This document shows, piece by piece, positions 1-6,590 of a stretch of DNA of 27,871 nucleotides; the stretch's first letter is position 1; each line of letters begins with the position of its first letter. Below the pieces are notes generated by a model. That model worked only from the letters and a program-made list of their open reading frames with translations. It was not told the origin of the DNA and did no database searches. This DNA comes from a virus (lineage: Duplodnaviria > Caudoviricetes), in IMG/VR virus record IMGVR_UViG_3300033741_000014, positions 1-27,871 of that record; one strand, written 5' to 3'. The translations under genes and the position numbers were made by a program.

Positions 1-1
1 G

Positions 2-184
2 GAGCTGGTGCTGGTGTCACGCAAGTCCAAGGTTGACGAGCGGGTCGCCTCGCTCTCGGCTGGCAAGGCTCGTAGCCGTAATGCCACGGGTCGGGATGGT
101 GCAGCTATGCACGGGTACAAGGCCGGACAGAATGCCAACACCGGAGGCAAGTCCATGACACAGGGACGCGGGATCAGCGCCTAA
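2..184 (+). CDS. 3' end of a hypothetical protein (possibly DUF2786-like), truncated by the window edge
   Basis: Open frame from base 2, read by hand: ELVLVSRKSKVDERV...HGYKAGQNANTGG...ISA, TAA at 182-184. The LVLV.R...GY.AG pattern recalls C-termini of actinophage DUF2786 proteins. Confidence 0.6.
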   Translation, partial: ELVLVSRKSKVDERVASLSAGKARSRNATGRDGAAMHGYKAGQNANTGGKSMTQGRGISA

Positions 185-193
185 AAGTTAGAT

Positions 194-222
194 TTGGTAT
201 TTGTTGAGGTGGAGTGTATTGT
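194..222 (+). promoter_or_regulatory. Putative sigma-A-like promoter
   Basis: TTGGTA (194-199), 17-nt spacer, TATTGT (217-222) in an AT-rich gap upstream of the ATG at 265. Confidence 0.5.
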
Positions 223-264
223 TCTAAGTAGCAAGAACACTCCACCACAAGCAAGGGACACAAA

Positions 265-864
265 ATGACTCGCTCCACAGAAATCGCAACGGCACGCAAG
301 GTTGACACCGAGGTCGCTCGCCTCTGGGACGAGTTCCACAAGGTCAACGACGTCATCAATGAGTACTACCGCAAGATCGAGCGCACTCGCAAGGCCAGCG
401 TCTACTCCGAGGCCCGCCGACTGGCACTCGTTGCCGACTTCCAGGACTACATCGAGATCCTGACCCCCAAGGCACACGTCCTCCGTATGGCCGCTCGCGA
501 CTACGACGAGGCCAACTACAAGGGATGGACCCGCTTCTTCTTCGTGCAGCACATCCACAACACTCAGCACTGCTCCAGCTTCCGTCCCACGACCCGCATC
601 ATGTGGCTTCCCACGGTATCCGGCCTGACCGAGGTTGAGGCAGTCAAGGAACACGGGAAGACCCTTTGCACCATCTGCTTCCCGTCGGCACCTACCGAGC
701 TGACCACGGCACAGGTTGACACGAGCATCTGCACCGGACGCCGTGACTACACCGGCCCGAGCCGTCAGGGTTACTACTCCGGCAACTGGGGAACCTGCAC
801 CGATGGATGCCAGCGCGTCACGCTCACCTCCTCAGGCAAGCTCCGCAAGCACAAGAAGGCATAA
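265..864 (+). CDS. Hypothetical early protein with Cys/His clusters (possible Zn binding)
   Basis: 199 aa ORF, purine-rich RBS (AAGGGA), strong C/G-ending codon bias; HIHNTQHC and LCTICFP motifs. Confidence 0.85.
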   Translation: MTRSTEIATARKVDTEVARLWDEFHKVNDVINEYYRKIERTRKASVYSEARRLALVADFQDYIEILTPKAHVLRMAARDYDEANYKGWTRFFFVQHIHNTQHCSSFRPTTRIMWLPTVSGLTEVEAVKEHGKTLCTICFPSAPTELTTAQVDTSICTGRRDYTGPSRQGYYSGNWGTCTDGCQRVTLTSSGKLRKHKKA

Positions 865-876
865 CCCAGCTACACC

Positions 877-898
877 GGGGGAGGGTCAAACCTCCCCC
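877..898. other. GC-rich stem-loop after the 265-864 gene
   Basis: GGGGGAGG (877-884) / CCTCCCCC (891-898), 6-nt loop; followed by AAAAG rather than a U-tract. Confidence 0.6.
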
Positions 899-929
899 AA
901 AAGTAATTTGACTAAATGTGGACTTTTGG

Positions 930-958
930 CTTGTGGGACATCTAAGTTCATGTATAGT
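930..958 (+). promoter_or_regulatory. Putative sigma-A-like promoter
   Basis: CTTGTGG (930-936) then TATAGT (953-958), spacer 16-17 nt; upstream of AAGGAG RBS and ATG 1001. Confidence 0.55.
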
Positions 959-1000
959 TGTAATTACCAAGGCAAGCAACACAACATCAAGGAGTACACC

Positions 1001-1273
1001 ATGGCCAAGACAGTTCTTCTCCCCGTAGACGACAATCAGGGTTACGCACCGGAGCAGGTAAGCACCAGCGTCACCCTCCAGGACATGCTTGAAGCTATTG
1101 AGCAGGCCATCGAAGAATTCGGTGCAGACTCCAAGGTCGTTCTCAGCAACGGCCAGCGCACCGGGGCAGGCTTCGGTCGCATCCAGGCGTTCGGCCGTGA
1201 GGTAGTAATCAGCGACGCTAACCCGGACTACGACGAAGACGGCATGGAGACCGGCGACGACTTCCGCTTCTAG
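1001..1273 (+). CDS. Hypothetical acidic protein (90 aa)
   Basis: Start moved from 716 to ATG 1001, which follows an AAGGAG RBS; MAKTVLLPVDDNQGY...GDDFRF. Confidence 0.85.
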   Translation: MAKTVLLPVDDNQGYAPEQVSTSVTLQDMLEAIEQAIEEFGADSKVVLSNGQRTGAGFGRIQAFGREVVISDANPDYDEDGMETGDDFRF

Positions 1274-1294
1274 CAGTAAACCTGGAGGTTGGGC

Positions 1295-1323
1295 TTGCAC
1301 TCAGCCTCCAGGACCACTAGGCT
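1295..1323 (+). promoter_or_regulatory. Putative sigma-A-like promoter overlapping an inverted repeat
   Basis: TTGCAC (1295-1300), 17 nt, TAGGCT (1318-1323); the -35 lies at the centre of CCTGGAGG...CCTCCAGG (1281-1312). Confidence 0.65.
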
Positions 1324-1355
1324 TATAACATCAACCAAGCACAAGGAGAATCACA

Positions 1356-1526
1356 ATGGCATCCGAAAACACGACCCCGACCCCGTCCCCCTACACCGAA
1401 ATGGAAGATGCAATGACGTACTTCCGCATGGACCTTACCATCACGGACCTCAACCTTCTGGCCAAGCTTGGGCAGGATACCCCCGTCAGCGGCGACGCCA
1501 TCCGGGTCTATAGCCAGCTTGCCTAA
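1356..1526 (+). CDS. Hypothetical protein (56 aa), absent from the ORF track
   Basis: AAGGAG RBS, ATG 1356, MASENTTPTPSPYTEMEDAMTYFRMDLTITDLNLLAKLGQDTPVSGDAIRVYSQLA, TAA 1524-1526; fills the gap between two promoters. Confidence 0.8.
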   Translation: MASENTTPTPSPYTEMEDAMTYFRMDLTITDLNLLAKLGQDTPVSGDAIRVYSQLA

Positions 1527-1547
1527 ACCTAGAGCAAGGCGTATACT
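1519..1547 (+). promoter_or_regulatory. Putative sigma-A-like promoter for a leaderless transcript
   Basis: TTGCCT (1519-1524), 17 nt, TATACT (1542-1547), 6 nt, ATG 1554; no SD. Confidence 0.75.
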
Positions 1548-1553
1548 GAACAC

Positions 1554-1763
1554 ATGAAGAAAACACAGATCACTCTAGGCACACTGGTAGCGTCAGACCT
1601 CCTGGGAATGACCACACCGCAGACCATCTCAACGCCGGAGGGTTACACCTTCAGTTGGGACGAGGAAGCTGGCATGTACATTAACGACGGTCCTGAGTCC
1701 GTGTTCCTCTACATTGAAGGCGAAGAGCTTACGGCTGATTCCTACTACGAGATCAGCCACTAG
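1554..1763 (+). CDS. Hypothetical acidic protein (69 aa), probably leaderless
   Basis: ORF begins where the 1519-1547 promoter would initiate and is followed by a hairpin. Confidence 0.8.
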   Translation: MKKTQITLGTLVASDLLGMTTPQTISTPEGYTFSWDEEAGMYINDGPESVFLYIEGEELTADSYYEISH

Positions 1764-1768
1764 CCGAC

Positions 1769-1807
1769 AGGGCCACACCTAGCACCAGCGCGGCTAAGTG
1801 TGGCCTT
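1769..1807 (+). terminator. Putative terminator-like hairpin
   Basis: GGCCACAC (1771-1778) / GTGTGGCC (1798-1805) plus inner TAGC/GCTA, just after the stop codon; pyrimidine tail but weak U-tract. Confidence 0.5.
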
Positions 1808-1811
1808 CCCC

Positions 1812-1840
1812 TTGCGGGAAAATAATCCATGCGCTAAGCT
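1812..1840 (+). promoter_or_regulatory. Putative sigma-A-like promoter of the nucleotide-modification operon
   Basis: TTGCGG (1812-1817), 17 nt, TAAGCT (1835-1840); AAGGAGG RBS before ATG 1888. Confidence 0.7.
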
Positions 1841-1887
1841 AAACCTAGCCCGGTTCCCCGCCGGTCGACAGTCCAAGGAGGACTAGC

Positions 1888-2625
1888 ATGCTGCACAAGA
1901 ACACGATTGAAGATGTGGTGCTGGCACTTGCCAGCGCACCCATCGATTCCCGCACTGGTAATAAGGTGCTCTACTCGGTTGATTGGCTGGCCGACGCTGA
2001 CTCCATGGTCGGAAGCGTTAACGCCGACTGGGTGCGACGCGAACTTGCATGGTTCGCCGGAGGAAGCAACCGGATCAGTGACATGGAAGGTCCGGTACCC
2101 AAGCTCTTCCAGGCATGCGCTGGCATTGACGGCAAGGTCAACAGCGCCTACGGCCACATCCTGTTCTCAGACGACGACCTGCGACACCGCGACCGGAGCC
2201 TGTTTGACCGGGTGGTTGACACGTTCATCAACGAGGGTGCTGGCACACGACACGCGGTAGCCATCATCACCGACCGAGACGTGCACGAGCTGTCCACATA
2301 CAATGGACGCAACGACTTCATCTGCACTAACGCGCTCAACTTTATGGTTGACTCCGACAACCGCCTGCACATCATGGCACAGATGAGGAGCATGGACGCC
2401 GTGTTCGGATACCGTGCCGATTACTCCATGTGGGATTACCTGATGGAGTTCCTCCTGGGAAACCTGGAGATGGTATTCCCGGGCATCCAGCGGGGCGACA
2501 TCTCCTTCCAGGTGGCCAACCTGCACGTCTACCCCCGGCACTTCGACGCACTGAACAACGCGGCCGAGGCCATTGACGAAGCCAATGACCGCAAGGTGTG
2601 GCTGGATCAGAGCGTGACCAAGTGA
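1888..2625 (+). CDS. Thymidylate-synthase-superfamily enzyme, most likely dCMP hydroxymethylase (T4 gp42-like)
   Basis: RELAWF, VNSAYG, DFICTN (catalytic Cys146), MRSMDAVFGYRAD (Asp178), NLHVY. These follow T4 gp42 (RELEWY, INSNYG, DFMCTN, MRSNDVVFGFRND, SLHVY), not ThyA (LxPC, GLPFN). Confidence 0.85.
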   Translation: MLHKNTIEDVVLALASAPIDSRTGNKVLYSVDWLADADSMVGSVNADWVRRELAWFAGGSNRISDMEGPVPKLFQACAGIDGKVNSAYGHILFSDDDLRHRDRSLFDRVVDTFINEGAGTRHAVAIITDRDVHELSTYNGRNDFICTNALNFMVDSDNRLHIMAQMRSMDAVFGYRADYSMWDYLMEFLLGNLEMVFPGIQRGDISFQVANLHVYPRHFDALNNAAEAIDEANDRKVWLDQSVTK

Positions 2626-2942
2626 ACCCGTGGGAGATTCTGCTGACGCTACTTGGGTGGACGTTACTGACCGCCTCGTTTGTGGTAGTAGTAATCATCC
2701 TTCTGGCCGTGGTGTATGGTGTGGCGACATGGGTCCGTGGCCTGCGTACTGCCAAGCCTGCCAAGCAGGCTAAAGACGCCAAGCCATACCCAGCCGGACA
2801 GCCGTTGCCGGACTCCGAGCAGGACGACTACATGGCTGAGGCTACCGTCGTTGGAATAAGCCTGTACGGCAGCTATAACCCATCCCTGGAGGCCTTCAGA
2901 CAGGGCGCTCGCTGGGCTTGGACGTTCTTCCACCGCAAGTAA
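2622..2942 (+). CDS. Membrane protein (106 aa)
   Basis: GTG 2622 overlaps the upstream TGA (GTGA); long N-terminal hydrophobic segment. Confidence 0.75.
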   Translation: MNPWEILLTLLGWTLLTASFVVVVIILLAVVYGVATWVRGLRTAKPAKQAKDAKPYPAGQPLPDSEQDDYMAEATVVGISLYGSYNPSLEAFRQGARWAWTFFHRK

Positions 2943-2952
2943 CCCAAGTCTC

Positions 2953-2983
2953 CCCCGGCTCACTCACCAACTGTGGGCCGGGG
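2953..2983 (+). other. Intergenic stem-loop
   Basis: CCCCGGCTCAC (2953-2963) / GTGGGCCGGGG (2973-2983) with one G:U pair; no U-tract. Confidence 0.55.
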
Positions 2984-3009
2984 CAGCACTACCCAAGAGA
3001 GTCCACCTC

Positions 3010-3237
3010 ATGTCACAGACAATAGACCTCCATGGAGGCCCTTGGCACGGTAGAACCGTGGAACTGCCAGACGGCCAAGACCACTTCCATATCGTAGGAC
3101 CTATGGACCTGCCAGTAGACTACACCGCCGAGTCCGCTGACATGGAGATAGGCCAAGTGCACACGAGGGAAGGCATGTACTCCCGGGTATGCAGATCACG
3201 CAACTTTGAATGGGACGGATGGCTCAGCCATGACTAA
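3010..3237 (+). CDS. Hypothetical protein (75 aa)
   Basis: L.GGP..G motif common in small actinophage proteins; overlaps the next start. Confidence 0.75.
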   Translation: MSQTIDLHGGPWHGRTVELPDGQDHFHIVGPMDLPVDYTAESADMEIGQVHTREGMYSRVCRSRNFEWDGWLSHD

Positions 3238-4174
3238 CGAACACATTGAACTACTAGGATCGGCTAAGGTTAGCTGGCTCTATCCCATCTACGTGCCAAG
3301 CTACTCCAGGGCTGGAGAGGCACCGCTGCTGGAGATGCTGAAAGACGCTAACGCTTCTGTCCGCGCAAAGGTGCACGTCGTCGTCAGGCCGTCTGAGGTC
3401 AAGTCGTATGCACGTGCATACCCGTGGGCTACAATCGTCTCAGAACAGACTCCAGGGATCGGCCCGGCCCGAATGCGCTGCATGGTGGACGCCACCGAGC
3501 GTGGATACGGCCGGATAACAGTCCTTGACGACGACATCGTTCACGTGAGCCTCCTGGAACACACCGAGCGGCCCGACGGAAAGAACCACACGAGGCGATA
3601 CAGCAATAAGGTGAGCGGCATCCGTGAGCCGTACCTGCTGGTGAGGTCTCTAGCCGTCGCCTGTAGGCTTGCTGACGGCGTATTCGCCGAGCGCCCGGCT
3701 GCTGCATACGGGGCAGCCCGTAACGCGCTCTTCAGCGGAGACGTGGACGTCAGCGTGTGTGCTACCCTCAATAAGGGAAGCTTCCCGGCCTGTGTCATGT
3801 TCTTTGACGTAGCACGTTTCGCAATGCGGAAGATGCCACTGCCTTACCAGTACCACGGCGAGGACCTAGCCATGTTCCTGGACACCCTGTCTGGACGGCA
3901 GGAGGCATTCACCCTCACGAGTGTGGCCTATGATCAGCATGGTGGTATCACCTCTACTATCCCTCTGGACCCTCTCAGTACAGTGGGTCGGCCACACCTG
4001 AGCACTACCGACAAGTTCTACCCAGAGATTCACCCGTTTCTCAGGGTATCAATGAAGAATAAATTGGGAGGGGTTATGCGGATAGGTATAAACTGGATAC
4101 AGTGGTATAAAGCCACACACAGTGAACCCGTCATAATCCCTCTATCGTCCATCATCAATAAGGAGACCACCTAA
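3230..4174 (+). CDS. GT-A fold glycosyltransferase, resembling the nucleic-acid-base family (T-even beta-glucosyl-HMC alpha-glucosyltransferase / TAGT / GREB1-like)
   Basis: YPIYVPSYSRA, HVVVRPSEVKSY, GIGPAR, VLDDDI (DxD), GEDL. Start placed at ATG 3230, overlapping the upstream gene. Confidence 0.8.
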   Translation: MTNEHIELLGSAKVSWLYPIYVPSYSRAGEAPLLEMLKDANASVRAKVHVVVRPSEVKSYARAYPWATIVSEQTPGIGPARMRCMVDATERGYGRITVLDDDIVHVSLLEHTERPDGKNHTRRYSNKVSGIREPYLLVRSLAVACRLADGVFAERPAAAYGAARNALFSGDVDVSVCATLNKGSFPACVMFFDVARFAMRKMPLPYQYHGEDLAMFLDTLSGRQEAFTLTSVAYDQHGGITSTIPLDPLSTVGRPHLSTTDKFYPEIHPFLRVSMKNKLGGVMRIGINWIQWYKATHSEPVIIPLSSIINKETT

Positions 4175-4764
4175 TGTTCATCGCTTTTGAAGGACCAGAT
4201 AACGTCGGCAAGTCAACGACTGCCCAAGAGCTGTCCACAGACCACCACCCCTTCTACAACGTGACCAAGTCCATTCACGACTTTCAGACGCAGCTTGCCA
4301 AGGCCAAGGACGTTCCTGACAGCGTGGTTACCTACGACCGGATCGACTGGTTCAGTCACATGGTGTACCGGCTGTCACTGCCTGACCGCGACTGGAACGA
4401 CGATCGTCCTCGTACTGTGTTCGCCATGCCTGACACCCACTTGGTTATCAAGCTGCACCACCCAGACCTCTCGAACTTTATGGCCGACGAAGTTGTGAGC
4501 ACGCCTATCGCCGAGGTGAATCCTATGTATGGGTACTTCACCGGGTTCCTCATGGATATGAACATCGTGCGTAACTTCGCACTGTTCAAGACCATCTCAC
4601 TCGTGGAGGTGCGTAACGACCCAATCTCTGGCAGCTATAGCCAGCACCTGCGGGAGTTCTCCAGCCCTGTCATGGGTCTTGAGTCAGTTTCCACACGGTT
4701 AGTGGATACTAACGAAAAGCTGCTAGAGTTGCTACGGCTCGATGACAGCCTGCGAAACAACTGA
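4174..4764 (+). CDS. Thymidylate-kinase-like dNMP kinase
   Basis: FIAFEGPDNVGKST P-loop and YDR...FSHMVY motif; coupled to the GT gene by TAATG. Confidence 0.85.
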   Translation: MFIAFEGPDNVGKSTTAQELSTDHHPFYNVTKSIHDFQTQLAKAKDVPDSVVTYDRIDWFSHMVYRLSLPDRDWNDDRPRTVFAMPDTHLVIKLHHPDLSNFMADEVVSTPIAEVNPMYGYFTGFLMDMNIVRNFALFKTISLVEVRNDPISGSYSQHLREFSSPVMGLESVSTRLVDTNEKLLELLRLDDSLRNN

Positions 4765-5452
4765 CCACATACACCACGACCACATATTCAAGGTCGGAGT
4801 GTTGTGTGGTAGGTTGAATACCAAGTGGCCTCTAGCTGTACGTGAGGAGGCCACGGCTGAGCTCATGCGGTACCGTGACCAAGGCCTCATCATCCAAAAG
4901 TATGGGAAGGATCAAGAAGTGACTACCAAGGCCACACGTGCCCACGACGAGCCAGCTACGTTCAGCGGTCAGGGAATCCTGTTCGCAGTCATAGACGACC
5001 GAGAAGGTATGGGAAGCGGTCGCGTAACCACCATCGATATCATCTCAGACGCTATCGAGTCGGCCCTGGACGCCGGGCACTCCACCAGTGATGAGATTGC
5101 ACGGTTCCTGACCACCAGCGCCTTTCAGCACATCCCAGACAAGCGTGTACGGTTCAATAGCGTGCTCAAGGCTGGAGACGCGGTAGGTGCTCAAATTGTG
5201 CAGAAGCTTCACAACGCATATAGTGAGTTAGCCGACATGGCAGACGATGAAGATGATCCCAAGAAGAAGGCTGAAATAAAGGCCGAGGCAACGGGATTCG
5301 CTGAGGCACTCAATGTAGTTATCAGCCCGTTTAGCTGTGAAGACCCGGACGACCACCGACTGGTCAACTGGGATGAAGTAGACCGTATCACCGCTGCATT
5401 CGAAAAGGAACAGCGGTTCGTCCGCAGAGAGAGAAAGGGTAAGCCACAATGA
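4742..5452 (+). CDS. Hypothetical protein (start uncertain)
   Basis: 236 aa ORF overlapping both neighbours; no motif recognised. Confidence 0.75.
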   Translation: MTACETTDHIHHDHIFKVGVLCGRLNTKWPLAVREEATAELMRYRDQGLIIQKYGKDQEVTTKATRAHDEPATFSGQGILFAVIDDREGMGSGRVTTIDIISDAIESALDAGHSTSDEIARFLTTSAFQHIPDKRVRFNSVLKAGDAVGAQIVQKLHNAYSELADMADDEDDPKKKAEIKAEATGFAEALNVVISPFSCEDPDDHRLVNWDEVDRITAAFEKEQRFVRRERKGKPQ

Positions 5453-6129
5453 GCGACTACGGACCCACATGCTGCACCGGCGAGTGTTGTGGATTGGGTT
5501 CCTACTGCTGTGGACACCCAGACAACGATCATGAACATACAGAAGAAGAGGAAAACACAATGAGTGAACGCGACGACCTGACAGAGCAGGCTTTCCATCA
5601 GCCCCCCGTCACCAACGACAAGGTGACAATCGCCACCCTGAAGCGTGAGCTTCGTGAGGCTCGTGAACTGCTGGTAGTACGTGCCGACCACGCTGGCAGG
5701 CTGGCTGACGAGCTGGTGGCCTTGCGTGCTGGAGGCAACACTTCCGGAGCGGTGCAGATACTGTCACACAACGCAGAGACCGGCCTGGACTTCATGCTCG
5801 GTCTACAGGGAGACCTAGAAGACGTGTGGGGTCGGCGTGTGGACCCGGCTGACCCCGAGGCAGTGAGCACCTACGTTCGTGAAGTTGTCCTGTGTGCTGA
5901 GGACGAGCTGCACGAGGTGCTTGCCGAGGTGCACTGGAAGCCCTGGAAGGACAGCCGGGGCATCAAGGACCGCGACAAGTACCGCGAAGAAATGGCCGAC
6001 GTGCTGCACTTCGTTCTTGACCTGTACTTGGCAGGCGGCATCACCGGTCGCGAGATCATCGCTGACTACTTGGCCAAGAACAACGAGAACCTCGGCCGCA
6101 ATAAGAGCGCGGAATACCGGGCGTCATAA
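5449..6129 (+). CDS. All-alpha NTP pyrophosphohydrolase (dimeric dUTPase / T4 gp56 dCTPase / MazG-like); alternative start at 5560
   Basis: EDELHE, WKPWK, EEMADVLHF, YLAKNNEN..R motifs. Confidence 0.85.
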   Translation: MSDYGPTCCTGECCGLGSYCCGHPDNDHEHTEEEENTMSERDDLTEQAFHQPPVTNDKVTIATLKRELREARELLVVRADHAGRLADELVALRAGGNTSGAVQILSHNAETGLDFMLGLQGDLEDVWGRRVDPADPEAVSTYVREVVLCAEDELHEVLAEVHWKPWKDSRGIKDRDKYREEMADVLHFVLDLYLAGGITGREIIADYLAKNNENLGRNKSAEYRAS

Positions 6130-6590
6130 TGTCACGATCTTCATGGGACACCGTTTGGGCAGATGTTGCTCAGGCGGTGTCCCGTCGTAGTTCATGTGGC
6201 CGTGCGTCTGTCGGCGCTGTCTTGGTAAAGGATAACCGTGTGGTCTCGACCGGCTACAATGGCCCGGCCAGCGGGTACCCGGCTAATACTGGCTTGGGCT
6301 GTGCCAACTGGTGCACACGTGCCCAAGGAGAGACGCCTGAGAGCTCTCTGGGCTATGGCTACTCCTGCCCAAGCATCCACGCCGAGGCTAACGCCTTGCT
6401 ATATGCCAGCCGTGCCGAAACTGAAGGTGCGTTCATGTATGTGACGCATGCTCCTTGCGCCGACTGTGCCAAGCTCATTTCCAACTCAGGTGTGTCTAGG
6501 GTGGTCATGCTACAAGCACCAGAGGACCACAGACCAGACCCTGTGCCGTACCTGCAAACATGCGGAATAGAGGTGATGCTTTTCTCATGA
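6129..6590 (+). CDS. dCMP deaminase
   Basis: RSSC.R.SVGAVLV, TGYNG, HAEANA, PCADC zinc-deaminase motifs; TAATG coupling. Confidence 0.92.
   Translation: MSRSSWDTVWADVAQAVSRRSSCGRASVGAVLVKDNRVVSTGYNGPASGYPANTGLGCANWCTRAQGETPESSLGYGYSCPSIHAEANALLYASRAETEGAFMYVTHAPCADCAKLISNSGVSRVVMLQAPEDHRPDPVPYLQTCGIEVMLFS

Noticed and set aside
716-1000. N-terminal extension of the 716-1273 ORF
   Set aside because: It overlaps the previous gene, a hairpin and a promoter; a strong SD precedes ATG 1001.
1888-2625. Calling this gene thyA
   Set aside because: It lacks the ThyA LxPC and GLPFN motifs and matches the gp42 pattern with Asp at the specificity site.
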